A stretch of 64,000 nt of DNA from Octopus sinensis (lineage: Eukaryota). A program made the translations under genes and the position numbers. The stretch covers positions 8,804,001 to 8,868,000 of the forward strand of contig NC_043018.1 of the NCBI RefSeq assembly GCF_006345805.1, given 5' to 3'. Positions 27,610 to 41,332 of the stretch are shown piece by piece. The notes under the pieces are model-generated. The model had not been told where the DNA came from and made no database searches. It saw only the letters and a list, made by a program, of their open reading frames with translations. Numbering within the stretch: the stretch's first letter is position 1; each line of letters starts with the position of its first letter.

Positions 27610-27855
27610 ACATACTTGCATACATACATACTTACATACATACATGCATGCATACATACATACATACATGCATGCATGTATACGTACATACATGCATACA
27701 TACATACATACATACATACATACATACATACTTGCATACATACTTACATACATACATGCATACGTACATACATGCATACCTACATACTTACATACATACA
27801 TACGTATATACGTACATATGTACATACGTACATACGTACATACATACATACATAC

Positions 27856-27886
<31 letters not shown>

Positions 27887-27905
27887 CATACATACATACA
27901 TACAG
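27610..27905. repeat. (CATA)n microsatellite
   Basis: Seen directly. Confidence 0.95.
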
Positions 27906-28091
27906 ATACACGTAATGTGTGACAAATGCATAGATACATGAATAAGAAGTTCGTTTGCCAACCATATGGTTTCAGGTTCAGTCCCACTAAAAGATACCTT
28001 GGTTAAGTGGCTTCTGTTATAGCCCTAGGCTGACCAAAGTCATGTGAGTGGACTTAGAAGAGAGAAACAGAAGAAGCCTATTATGTATGTA

Positions 28092-29310
28092 TTGGGTTAT
28101 CCCATAAATAATGCGTTTTTTTTCAATTGCATGAGCTAAAATCGAAGGGGGATGGGATAAACTACCTGCATCAACTTGCTATAAAAGCAGGTAGTAATTT
28201 TACCCTGTCCTTATTCTTAGTGCAAGTTTTGAAGAGTGCGGTTATTTTTTCAAAGCCATAATGGAAGTGACAAAGGAGCATGTTCAGCATATTTTGCTTT
28301 ATGAGTTCAATAAAGGCAACAATGCAATGGAAAGTGCGAGGAATATTATTGCAGCATATGGGGATCAGACACTAGAGCTGGAAACTACAGCCTAGAAGAC
28401 GAGCCTAATCCTGGAAGATTTGTAGAGCTTGACAAGGATGGTCCTGCAAACCCTGGTGGAACAAAATCCCATCATAACTGTTGAGGAACTAGCAGAGAAG
28501 CTTGGAAATGGTCACTCAACCATTCATCAACACCTGTGTACCATTGGAAAAGTCAGCAAAATGGGTCAATGGTTTCCTGACAAATTTTCCTAGTCTAATT
28601 GCTCAGAGAGAGTGAATGTGTGCTCTTCTTCGCTGTCACATCTCACAAATGAATCTTTTTGGACTGAACAGTGACTAGTGACAAGAAATGGGTTCTCTGT
28701 AAAAATGTCAAGTGCTGAAAACAGTGGGTAGGGGAAAGAGAAACACCAGCACCCCAGACTAAAGAAGGTCTTCACATATATAAGGGGTTGTTATCTGTTT
28801 TGGAGGATATGAAAGGTTTAGTCCACTTTGAACTTTTAAATGATAACAAAGGAGATCTACTGCAAGCAGCTTGAGTGGTTTAAGTCAGCGCTAGAAGAAA
28901 AATGACCATCTTTGGTTTCAAGAGTTCTTTCATCAGGATAATGCTTGACCAGGTACAGTGAGGAGGACATTCCAAAGGCTGGAGCAGGTTGAATGGGAAA
29001 TGATGCCCCACCCATCATATTCACTGGTCATTGCACCTTCTGAGTATCATTTATTCCAAAGTTTTCAAAATCATTTGGATGGAAAAAATATGAATTCTGT
29101 AGACGAAGTCAGAAGTGTATTAGAGGAGTATTTTTCATCACAGACAAGTGAATCTTGGAAGAGAGACCTTGCAAGTCTACCAGATCGATCTAAGAGCATT
29201 GTAGAAAATGAAGGAGAGTATATTTTAGATTAAAAAAAAAGACTTTGTTTATCTTAATTTTGCAAAATAAAAGAAGTATAAAAACCTACATTATTCATGA
29301 GATGACCCAA
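28092..29310 (+). mobile_element. Near full-length decayed mariner (transposase pseudogene ~28261-29233)
   Basis: TIRs TTGGGTTATCCCATAAATAATG / CATTATTCATGAGATGACCCAA, TA flanks; MEVTKEHVQHILLYEFNKG..; HPSYSLVIAPSEYHLF. Confidence 0.92.
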
Positions 29311-29470
29311 TATATATGGCATCGCCATGGCTGTGAGGTAAAAAGCTTGCTTCCCAACTAGAAGATTTGGGGTTCAGTCCCAGTGTGGCACCTTGGACAA
29401 GTGTCTTCTACTATAGCCTCGGGCTGACCAAAGCATTGTGAGTAGATTTGACAGAAACTGAGAGAAGCCT

Positions 29471-29506
<36 letters not shown>

Positions 29507-29507
<1 letters not shown>

Positions 29508-29815
29508 GAAGGTGAGTCAAAAAGTAATGCCATTTTGTTTAGGACAGGTATAATTACCAACACAGGAACATGTATCATACATCAAAATGAAGCCGGTCCT
29601 CTGTGGATCACATCCCAACTTCTCAACATAGTCACTGTTTCTCTCAATAGCAATGTTCCACCTTCAAATGAGAGCATGTATCCCTGCCCCGTAAAATTCT
29701 TTTGATTGTTCTTTGAGCCACTTCTTCACTACAGTTTTCACTTCCTTGTCACTGGAATAATGTTTGCCTCTCAAACCCTCTTTCATGGGGCTGAAGAGAT
29801 GATAGTCCAGTGACC
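29507..29815 (-). mobile_element. Mariner 3' fragment
   Basis: DYHLFSPMKEGLRGKHYSSDKEVKTVVKKWL; end TA-CGAAGGTGAGTCAAAAAGT abuts (TA)n. Confidence 0.85.
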
Positions 29816-29904
29816 TTATTTGGAAACTGGCGAGGGTTGGTGACAGGAAGAGCATCTAACCATAGAAAATATGCTACTATAAACTCTGTCTGACCCATGC
29901 AATA

Positions 29905-30258
29905 CTCTTTTACTCTTTTTACTCTTTTACTTGTTTCAATCACTTGACTGTGGCCATGCTGGAACACAGCCTTTTTAGTCGGACAAATCGACCCCAGGAC
30001 TTATTCTTTGTAAGCCTAGTACTTATTCTATCAGTCTCTTTTGCTGAACTGCTAAGTTATGGGGATGTAAACACACCAGCATCAGTTGTCAAGCGATGCT
30101 GGAGGAACAAACACAGACACACAAATATATTCACACACACATACGCATATACATATGTGCATATATACGATGGGCTTCTTTCAGTTTCTGTCTACCAAAT
30201 CCACTCACAAGGCTTTGGTCAGCCCGAGGCTACAGTAGAAGACATTTGCCCAAGGTGC
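29905..30258 (-). mobile_element. Family B SINE
   Basis: Matches 23990-24385. Confidence 0.85.
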
Positions 30259-30269
30259 ATAATTAACCA

Positions 30270-31805
30270 GGTCATTCAGGAAGGTGTAATAATAGTAGCT
30301 CCCAGGAGTTATTGGTTTTGAATTCCCCTGTTATGGCCTGGAGGTCAATGATGAAAAGGAGGGGTTTAAGGACTGTTAGCTGTTACAATGGTAGGCGTGA
30401 TGCATTTGATAGAAGCAATTAGAAAGCAGTCTCCTGGACCAGGTGATGAAAATTACAGAGAGTATTATAGCCCAATTAATTAGGAGCAGAATTAGGCTAG
30501 ACGAAATGCAGTTTGGTTTTGTCTGGGGAAGAAGTACTACTGACACTATTTTCATAGTCAAGCAACTGTAAGAGAAGTACTTAGCTAAGTATAAACCATT
30601 ATACTTGGCATTCATTGATCTAGAAAATGCCTTTGATAGAGAACCCCACTGTGTGATATGGTGAGTAGTGAGGAGTCTAGGGATTGATGAGTGGCTTGTG
30701 AAAGCTGTACAGGCATTGTACAAAGATGCTGTTAGTAAGGTGAGAGTTAACCATGAGTAGAGCAAAGAATTTGGGGTATAGGTAGGGGTTCATCAAGGCT
30801 CAGTCCTTAAACCCCCTCCTTTTCATCATTGACCTCCAGGCCATAACAGAGGAATTCAAGACCAGTAACCCCTGGGAACTACTATATGCTGATGATCTTG
30901 CCCTCATAGTAAATTCCATATCAGAGCTAGAGGAGAAATTCCAGTTATGGAAGCAAAACCTGGAATCTAAGGGCCTTAAAGTTAACTTAGCAAAGACTAA
31001 AGTCCTAGTATGCAAGAAAACTGACAGGACACTACGTACTTCATGTAGGTGGCCTTGTTCAGGTAGGTGGCCTTGTAGAAAATGTGTAGGCGGAAACTCC
31101 ATATAGTGTACCCAGTGTAAGCTATGGACACAAGAGGTGCAGTGGATTAATAAGATTATCAGAGAAAATAGTGTTCATATATGGAAGATCCACAGGATCC
31201 ATAAAAATTATAGAGATTCAAGAAATTGATTAACTCAAATGCCCTAGTAGTTGATGGTAGACGTAAGCAATAATTTCTGTTACCTAGGGGACCAAATTAG
31301 TAGTGCAGGAGAATGCAAAGAGTGTAGGAGCTAGAATAAGAGTAGGGTGGAGGAAATTCAGAGAAATGTTACTTCTGTTGACTATGAAAAGTTTCTCTCT
31401 GCGAGTGAAAGGAAGATTGTATGATGCATGTATACAGACAGCAATTCTGCATGGTTGTGAGATGTGGGACCTGAATGCAGAAGACATGCGATGGTTAGAG
31501 AGGAATGAGGCTAGTATGCTCTGCTGGGTGTGTAATGTAAGTGTACATGTTCAACAGAATGCTGGTGTATTGTGAGAGAAGTTAGGTATAAGAGGAATGA
31601 GTTGCCGTGTGCAAGAGAGAAGTCTGTGCTGGGTTGGTCAAGTGATGTGGATGGGTGCTGACTGCTCCGTAAAGAAGAGCTGATCTCTCAAAGTAGATGG
31701 AACATGTGGAAGTCGGAGACCCAGGAAGACATGGAATGAAGTGCTGAAGAATGACCTCAGGATGATGACCCTTTCAGGTGAGATGACAAAAGACTGAGAT
31801 GCCTG
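30270..31805 (+). mobile_element. Decayed RTE LINE (reverse transcriptase pseudogene)
   Basis: QFGFVWGRSTTDTIF, AFIDLENAFDR, HQGSVLNPLLF, WELLYADDL, ARIRVGWRKFRE, RPRKTW motifs with stops. Confidence 0.93.
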
Positions 31806-32307
31806 GTGGGTTCTCGAAAATTTTTTTATCCTATATCAATTATAAATAGATTAGTATTCACTTCCGGATTCTATCACTCTGTGAAAGTTTCTAGTTCGAA
31901 TCACACGTGTCTCGAGGTGCGCCTAAGATTTTTCTATTTGGATATATTTGGGGTACTTAAATCTGCTCGGGACTTGGTGCTTGCTTCTTCAGTGGGTATG
32001 AATAAGTATTTCATTTATATCTCGCGTATGTGCCGCTGAAGAGGGGAAAATTTCTTATGAATTAACCCCGAAATTGGACCAATACGGTAATAACGAATTT
32101 TTTAGAGATTTCTATCGGTTTGTTTCGAGACACATAAATTTAATGGTTATCGACAATTTTTTGTTTCGGCGTATCTGGCATTAGAATTTTTCTTCTGCCC
32201 TTATCTTGTAAATTATGTATAAATTTTACCTTTAAAGGCATTTTTTGATATGCTGGCCATTGATAACATTTTTTTCCCGAAAAAAATTTTATCCTCTATC
32301 AATTATA
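31806..32307 (+). mobile_element. Non-coding, terminally redundant hammerhead-containing element (retrozyme or PLE pLTR-like)
   Basis: ~30-bp direct repeat at 31815-31843 and 32278-32307; internal HHR; runs into (TA)n. Confidence 0.75.
32031..32089 (+). ncRNA. Canonical type-I hammerhead ribozyme; predicted cleavage after 32084
   Basis: Stem I TGCCG/CGGTA, core CTGAAGA, stem II GGGG/CCCC, GAAA, stem III ATTG-gac-CAAT, AUA cleavage triplet. Confidence 0.88.
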
Positions 32308-32825
32308 TATATATACATATATACAACAGGCTTCTTTCAGTTTCCATCTACCAAATCCACTCCCAAGGGCTTTGGTCGGCCCGAGGCTATAGTAGAAGAC
32401 ACTTGCCCAAGGTGCCGCGCAGTGGGAATAAATCTGGAACCATGTGGTTGGTAAGCAAGCTATATATATATATATATATAATATATATATGTATGTATGT
32501 GTGTATGTATGTATGTATAAATGAATATGTAAATACAAGCACTTGCACACACACACACACACACACATTCACACCTCTGCATATCTTATTTCACAAGTTG
32601 TTGATAAACTATATATAGGTTGTACAGCATTTACATGATTTACGAGTAGAGAGAGAGAGAGAGAAAGAGACAGAGAGAAAAAGAGGGAGAGAAAGAGAGA
32701 GAGAGGTAAACAGGCAGAAAGGGAGGTAGTTGAGGGGGAGAAAGAGGGAGGGAGTGGGAAAATGTTAGAAGGTAAAAGAAGGAAAAGGAAACAGTGTATG
32801 GACAGAGAACACCAGATAGAGATAG

Positions 32826-32860
<35 letters not shown>

Positions 32861-33457
32861 AAGAGAAAGAGAGAGGTCAATATATCTAGTAATGTTAATA
32901 TATTTTAATATCATCATCATCATCATCATCATTGTTGTTGTCGTTGTCGTCCTTGTTGTTCTTGTTGTTCTTGTTGTTGTCATCAGTCACCAAGCACCAT
33001 GACAATGAGGGAAGGGCATTTTTCCCTGCTGAGTTGAGTTTTTATTTATAATTGACACAAATAAAGTAATGGCTGTATTTATTACCTTCTAAACATATCC
33101 GCACCCTCCCCCCACCGACGACGCTGCTGTTATGCAGTCATTATGACCTGTTCCATGGAATTCTTGTTGTGATTCAATCGGTTCTGAGAATGAAAGAATG
33201 AAAGAGGGTAACCACAGAATTTGTATGACACCACCACAACCACCATTATCACCGCTCCCTCGCCATCATCACCACCAGCACCAGCACCACCACCACCACC
33301 ACCAGCAGCACCACCACCATCACCACCACCATCACCACCACCATCACCACTCCCCCGCCACCACCACCACCACTATCACCGCTCCCCTGCCGCCACCACC
33401 AATACTACCAGAACTACTACTACTTTTGCCATGACTACTATCACCATCATCACCATT

Positions 33458-33488
<31 letters not shown>

Positions 33489-34138
33489 GCAGCAGCAGCA
33501 ATAACAATAACAGTCAAAAACAGCAACAGCAACAACAACAACAATAGCAGCTACTGTAACAAGAGCAGCAGCAACAACAATAATAACAAAGTACCTGTCA
33601 AATACTGGGGTTTTTTAATCAAGTTAGCCCACTCCTTATATCACCAGCGACTGTGGGAAATTTCCCTTTATATATCAGGGACTGTGGGAAATTTCACTTG
33701 AAAAGGAAATTGAGGGTGGAGAGAGATGTGCTGTCCTCAGGTGAGTCTAACGAAAGGTGGGTGAAAGTTGCGAAAATGGCAAGAGAGGATGGTACCTCTC
33801 TGAGTGTTGACCTGTGGAGTCAGTGAGAAGGAATTGGAGAGGGCACTTGCTCTTGAGGTTTCAGGGTAATCTTGGACAGTGGGGTTCATTGATTATCCCT
33901 AGAATCCTTCCTGTATCAAAAGGGCCACATCTCTATCATCCTCCCCACCACATATAAATCCTTAAAAATGTTTCAGCCCGAAGGCTGTGGCCATGCTGGG
34001 GCACCACCGCTGAATTACTTAATTTCTTTTCTTTCCTTTTTTATTATCATTCCATTATACATAACCCCCTCCACACTTTATGTCTGTCTTTGTATTGTCT
34101 CCCTCATCCTTTGCACTGGTAGCATATAAATGAAATCA

Positions 34139-34190
<52 letters not shown>

Positions 34191-34191
<1 letters not shown>

Positions 34192-34703
34192 GAGTGAGAG
34201 AGCAGTGCATGCCATCAAAGTGACACTGGGGTAAAATATACGAAGCCCAGTATACCCATCATGACATCCCGTCTGATAAGGGTACACCAGGCACATGCAT
34301 CACAACCATATGTGTGTGACATGGTGATCTCATATCAAGACAAATAGTGCATGACCTTGCAGGTGGGGCCCAGTTAGAATTTTCTTCAGGTTGAGTAGCC
34401 CATCCCACTAAAAAGGTCCCTGGATAAGGTTTGTTTAAGAATGATGAATGAAACACGCATGTTTCCAAAGGTGAATTATCCAAACCCCAAAGAATCCCTT
34501 TAAACACATGGCTATGATGCTCCCCCACTACTTCTGCTCGTGATCAGAGATGCACTTATCGTCAGCCACTGACAAGCACGTCTATGGTTTTGAGCAGAGT
34601 ATTTGCTGTAGCCTGTCTTTTATAACAAGACAAAACAACGTACACGATAACACTTCCAATCAGTTAAGATCAGAAGCCATGAGAATCACTGTCTGGTACT
34701 GCA
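34191..34703 (-). mobile_element. Non-autonomous element inserted in (TAA)n
   Basis: ~510-bp unit with (TTA)n on both sides; related copies at 41655, 42285, 43065, 63885. Confidence 0.8.
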
Positions 34704-34745
<42 letters not shown>

Positions 34746-34746
34746 G

Positions 34747-34864
<118 letters not shown>

Positions 34865-34875
34865 TAGTAGTAGTA

Positions 34876-35292
34876 AGGCAGTGAGCTGGCAGAATTGTTA
34901 GCATGCCAGGTGAATTGTTTAGCAGTATTTTGCCTGCCTCTACATTCTGAGTTCAATTTCCACCGGGGTCAACTTTGCCTTTCATTCTTTTGGGGTCAAT
35001 AAATTAAGTATCTGAAACACTGGGGTCAATGTAATCGACTTAATACCTATGTCTGTCCTTGTTTGTCCACTCTATGTTTAGCCCCTTGTGGGTAGTAAAG
35101 AAATAGGTATTTTGTCTGTCTTTATGTTCTGAGTTCAAATTCCACCGAGGTCGACTTTGCCTTTCATCCTTTCGGGGTCGATAAATTAAGTACCAGTTAC
35201 TCACTGCGGTCGATGTAATCGATTTATTACCTATGTCTGCCCTGGTTTGTCTACTCTATGTTTAGCCCCTTGTGGGCAATAAAGAAATAAGT
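34876..35292 (+). mobile_element. Family A SINE, two tandem units
   Basis: Head plus two body units. Confidence 0.85.
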
Positions 35293-35809
35293 ATTACACA
35301 AATAAATAGCTGGTTGTGGTTATCTAAAGATAACCTACCGCAGAAATATAATGTTAACACAAAATGTACTCCATACTACTCGAAGATAGATATGATATTC
35401 TGATATTCAGGATTCCAGTGTTCAACTACCAACTGTTAAACCAACACATGTCAAACTAACACGGTTAACCAACATTGATGAACTAACACTGTCAACTACC
35501 CCTTGACCGATCATTCAGTTCTTATTTATTGTAATAGGTTAGTCCACCTCCAGTCACATGGTGGGATGTTCAGAATTTTCCCAAAATAATAAGTGACCAG
35601 GACCACTACTACTAAACCGAATGCCAATCTGACAGAGTTACTGAGTGCACTAGAGAAAAATGAAATGAAATCTTTTGCTGAAGAACACAATGGACCACCC
35701 AGTGCAAGAATCAGAACCATGATGTTGCAATTGTGAGTGCAACGCCCTAATCACAAGGCCATGTGCCTTCATGTCAACCTCACCACGTAAAATGTGTTGC
35801 TTAGTTCAT

Positions 35810-38040
35810 TATCATCATCATCATGGTTTAACACCCACTCTCCAAGCTGGCATGTGATGGATGGTTTGACTGAGGATTGGGAAGCCAGGAGGCTGCACCA
35901 GGCTTCAATCTGATCTGGCAAGGTTTCTACAGCTGGATGCCTTTCTTAACGCTAGCCACTCCAAGTGTGTAGTGGGTGCTTTTTACATGCCACCAGCACA
36001 GGAGCCAGTCAGGTGGCACTGGCAACGACCATGCTCAAATGGTGCTTTTTACATGCCATTGGCATGGGAAACAGTCAGGTGGCACTGGCATCGGCCACAC
36101 TTGTATGATGCTTTTTACATGCGACTGGCATGGGTGCTAGTCAGGTGATACTAGCATTGGCCATGACAATGATCTCACTTGACTTAACAGGTCTTCTCAA
36201 GCACAGCACATTGCCCGACGATTGAAGTGTACTCTTAAATGGGCCTGTTAAGCAAAACTGGCATAGGCCACAGCTACGATCTACTTAGCTTGCCAGGTCT
36301 TCTCAAGCACAGCATATCTCCAAGGTCTCGGTTGCTTGTCATTGCCTCTGTGAGGCCCAACATTCGAAGGTCATGCTTCACCACCTCATCCCAGGTCTTC
36401 CTGGGTCTATCTCTTCCACAGGTTCCCTTCACTGTTAGAGTGTGACACTTTTTCACACAGCTGTCTTCATCCATACGTAACACATGACCATACCAGTGCA
36501 GTCATCTCTCTTATACACCACACCTGATGCTTCTTGTGTTCAACTTTTCTCTCAGGGCACTTACACTCGTCGTGTATGCACACTCACATTATACATCCAG
36601 TGGAGCATACTAGCTTCATTTCTTTCAAGTCTACACATATCCTCAGCAGTCACAGCCTATGATCCACTGCTGTGTAGCATGACTGTTCGCACACGTGTCA
36701 TACAGTCTACCTTTCACTCAGAGCAAGAGGCCCTTTGTTACTAGCAGAGGTAGGAGGTCTCTGAACTTTGCCTAGGCTATTCTTATTCTAGCAGGTACGC
36801 TCTCAGATCATTCACCTCCACTACTGACATGATCACCTACGTAATGGAAGCTATCAGCTATTTCTAGTTTTTTTCCCTGCCATATGATAGAAGCTGTTTT
36901 CTGCACATTTTCAGTGTTTATTGGCCCTGTACATCTGCCACACATAAAAACTATCTTCCCAGTTAACCTTCCTTTGATATTGCTGCACCTCTTATGTGTC
37001 CATGGCTTACACTTACTACATCTTATAGAGTTTCTACCTACACATTTTGAACAGATCAAGCAGGGCCATCTACCTGAAGAGATATGTGATTTGTCTGCCT
37101 TCTTACTTACTAAGACTTTGGTTTTGCTATATTGCCTCTAAGGTACTTTGATTCTAGACCTTGCTTCCACACCTGAAACTTCTCTTCTAGTTCTGGTAGG
37201 GACTCAGCTATTAGAGCAAAATCATCAGCATAGAGGAGTTGCAGGGGCATCCTGTCTTAAGTTTCTCTGTTATTGCCTGGAGAACTATGAGGAATAAGAA
37301 GGGGCAGAGGACTGATCCTTAGTGGACCCCTATTCCTACCTGCAATTCTTCACTATACTTGTTGGCAACCTTCACCTTATTGACAGCATCCCTGTACATG
37401 GCTTCTACAGCTCTCACCAGCCACTCATCTATCCTTAGCTTCCACATTAACCACCAGATAAGGGATTGGGGGACCCTGTCAAAGGCTTTTTCCATGTCAA
37501 CAAAAGTAAAATACAAAGGTTAGGAATTTCTTCTGCAGCTGTCTTACCAGAAATATAGCATTAGTGGTGCTTCTCCCTGGCACAAACCCATACTGCATCT
37601 CATCTATATCAACTCTCTCCCTAATTAGTTGGGCTATGATCCTCTCCGTGACTTTCATCACCTGATCCAACAATTTGGTACCACTGTAATTATTCTTATC
37701 TAATGTGTCACCTTTACCTTTGTAGCAGTTGACTATGGTGCTGCTACACCAGTCATTGGGTATGACTCTTTCATGAATCACTTGGTTGACTATATGGGTG
37801 ACTAAACTATAGCCTACACCGGCAAATATTTTAAGCATTTCTGCAGTGATTCCTGATGGGCCATGGGGTTTCCCTGTCTCCATACCGTTAATTACTTTAT
37901 CTACCAAGGTATTGTCAATTGAGATAGCTGGTCCCTCTGTTGGCTTGACATTTGGCAGGCTCTCTTTCTCCCATTCATTCTCTTCATTTAGCAACCTTTC
38001 ATAGTGGCGTCTCCAAATCTCTCTCTTTGTAGCTGCATGC
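35810..38040 (-). mobile_element. 5'-truncated decayed RTE LINE
   Basis: ORFs 37497-38042 (GPSGITAEML, IPNDW, KGKGD, QYGFVPGRSTTNAIF), 37319-37516 (FVDMEKAFDRVP), LLYADDF, Cys-rich segment, RPRKTW, 3' UTR with (GAT)n. Confidence 0.95.
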
Positions 38041-38195
38041 AAAAATTGTTGTTGTATATATTAATAGTTTTTGGAGAGTTTTTACTGTACAACCAGATAC
38101 ACCTCTGCATTCCTAATGACAGTGTGTAGTAATGTGTTTTGGAGGTGTGAGAATGTGTTTATGAGTCACATCAGTTTTTCACTATTGTTGTATTT

Positions 38196-38501
38196 CATCA
38201 TCATCATCATCATCGTTTAACGTCCGTTTTCCATACTAGCATGGGTTGGACGGTTCGACCAGGGATCTGGGAAGCCAGAAGGCTGCACCAGGCCCAGTCT
38301 GATCTGGCAGTGTTTCTACTGCTGGATGCCCTTCCTAATGCCAACCACTCCGTGAGTGTAGTGGTGCTTTTTACGTGCCAGGCGAGGCTGGCAACAGCCA
38401 CGATCAGATTGGTGCTTTTTACGTGCCACCGGCACGGAAGCCAGTCAAGGCGACGCTGGCATCGGCCATGTTTGGATGGTGCTTTTTATGTGCCACCGGC
38501 A
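38196..38501 (-). mobile_element. RTE 3'-end fragment
   Basis: Same 3' UTR and tail. Confidence 0.8.
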
Positions 38502-40092
38502 TTTGACTTTTGCAACTTCTGGAGCAATTTTAGTAGTTGTTTGTTGTATAAAATTTGTCTAGGTACCACAAAATGCAACATGAAGTGCATCTCAGGGTAC
38601 ATGGCATGTGTATGCAACAGTGTATTTTGGAGGTACTCCTTCCCTGTTGTTGTTGTTGTTGTTGTTCTTTTGTTGTTTCTGGTACTATTTTAATCTTTAG
38701 TCGTATATATGTATGTGTGTGTGTGTGTGTGTGTGTGTATGCATAAGCATATATATGTTTGTGTGTCTGTGTTAGTCCCCCCACCATCACTTGACAACCG
38801 ATGTTGGTGTGTTTATGTGCCCGTAATTTAGCGGTTCGGCAAAATAGACTGATAGAATAAGTACAAGGCTTACAAAGAATAAATCCTGGGGGTCAATTAT
38901 TTCAGCTAAAGGCGGTGCTCCAGCATGGCCACAGTGAAATGACTGAAACAAATACAAGAATAAAAGAATATATGTTGTGACCCCTGATCTGTTTCCAAGC
39001 AAGGTGTTTCCTTATGGTCAGACATGTTTCCTTTGGGAGATTGGAAAGAAACAACGTTGCTTACATGACAATGACACCTGATGCCAAGACAACAATATGC
39101 ACAAACATACATCACAACTAGCAAAGAGAAACGAATGAAGCATGCTGAGGCATTCATTCAGCAATGGATTATCAGTATAGTGGCATAGCTAGAGTACATC
39201 CCACCCTGGCAGCCTTTGAGATAGTGCGCCCATTGCCCCCTACACAGGATAATAAAAAAAAAAACCCCTTCAGTCAAGAATGATCATTGGATTGCACCTA
39301 GAAATTTACCCTCTGAGGCACAATTCTTGGTAAGGTTTTTAATGGAAGACCAGTAGGTACCCATGCATACCAGTGTCTCCTCTCCATGCCATTGATGTTA
39401 TCCAAAGGAAAGGGAAAGAGGTCGATTCAGCTTGGCACCAATGATGTCAAAGCTGATTTCTACGGCTGAGTGAACGAGGGCAATGTGAAATGAAGTGTCT
39501 TGCTCAAGAACACAAAACACAGCCTGGTCTGGGAATTGAACTTGCTACCTCATGATTGTGAGCCCAACACTCTAACTACCAGCAGACCCAAAAGTGTCAC
39601 TGTTCCATCAGCTTCTCCAATCCCTAGCTATGCTACAGTAACAGCAGCTGATTGGAATGGAATAGGATGTGAACAGTACTTATCAGTATTATTTCCTTGT
39701 CTGCATATCAAATTCTGGGCCTTGATGTCTTTTTGCCATGTTTTTCTTTATCATACCCATGGCCCCAATTATTATTGTTGTTGTTGTCGTTGTTGATAAG
39801 GTGGTGTGCTGGCAGAATCGTTAGCATGCCAGATAAAATGCTCGCTGGTATATTTTTCTAGCTTTAAGTTCTGAGTTCAAATTCCACCAAGATTGACTTT
39901 GTCTTTCATCCTTTCAGGGTCAATAGAATAATTAGCAGTTGAGCACTTGGGTTGATGCACTCAACTAACCATCTCTTCCAAAATTTCAGGCCTTGTGCCT
40001 ATAAAGCAGAAAGAATTATCATTATTATTGATGCCAGTTTTTGCTCTCACACCCACCACATCTTGTTGGTTTCCATTTCAAGTTCTTGCTGT

Positions 40093-41010
40093 GAGGTGGT
40101 ATCAAAAGGTTCCCAAACCAATTATGGTTGATAAAAATTAACTTATTTACCTAAGTTTTAATGTCACCTTCTTTGAAATAGTCACCTTGCTTAGCCATAC
40201 TCCAGTCCTGGCATTCCTACCACTTTTAGGAATTCTGCCTGGAAGTCATTTTCTGGAAGTGGGCTGAGGACCTTCTGCAATTTGCTCTAGATCTTGACAA
40301 CAGTTTTGACAATGGTGATCTTTGAGATGTATTTTCATCTTGAGGAAGAGGTGGAAGTCTGCGGGGACTAAATTTGGTGAATAGAGTGGGTTTGGAAGTG
40401 ATACCATGTCGTTTTTGGTGAGAAATTCATAGGTGAAGAGAACTTGGTGACAGCGTGCATTGTTGTCATGAAGAATCCAATTCTTTGCGCTTCACATATC
40501 CAATCCCTTTCACCAAATGTTCTCCCCCAAACGCTTCAAAACGATGCAGTAAAACTCTTAATTGACAGTCCAGCCCTGGGGGATTAATTCTCAATGCACA
40601 ATATCACATTTCCAGAGTTGACGCTCATGATAGGTCTTCCAGAATGTTCAATGTCTTCCAGAGGTGTTCTCCCACTTTTGAAGTGCATGTGCCACTTGAA
40701 ACATTACATACGACCCATTGCCTCATCACCGTAAGCTTGCTGAAGCATGCTCAATGTCTCTGTAGCAGACCTCCTAAGTTTAACACTAAATTTCATGTTG
40801 GCTCTTTGTTCCAGCTTTCCGTCCATGACAAAATCACAGACTACAGTACACACGTGATCACAAAAGCACAAATTCCACAACTTGTGAAGTAAACACAGGG
40901 ATGTCACTCAGCACACTGCTTCATGAAGGTCACTTCTAGCTCACACAATCATGTGCTGCCATCTGTTGGTGTGCTTCAGAACTAGTCTGGGAACTTTTTG
41001 ATACTACCTC
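40093..41010 (-). mobile_element. Decayed, internally deleted mariner
   Basis: TIRs GAGGTGGTATCAAAAGGTTCCCA / TGGGAACTTTTTGATACTACCTC; KLEQRANMKFSVKLRRSATETLSMLQQAYGDEAM; YSPNLVPADFHLF. Confidence 0.9.
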
Positions 41011-41299
41011 ATTCTTTAATAGTTTCTTAACTTCTTTTCCATGTAATGTCTTGGTCGGAAATGATTGAGATATCTTCCAGAACACATAAATATTCCTCTT
41101 TGATTAAGCTATCTGCAAAAGTTTGCTTTGCTCTCCCTATCATCATGGTCAGGTGCACTTCCCCCACTTCCCAGATTATCACAAGATTACTGTAACATCT
41201 AGGATTCAGTTCCTGATTATCTCACTTATTTTCAGTTAACCTATAACAATGTCAACATATTGTTAAATGATTTTAGTTGATTACTTAAGAATGTTTTTG

Positions 41300-41332
<33 letters not shown>

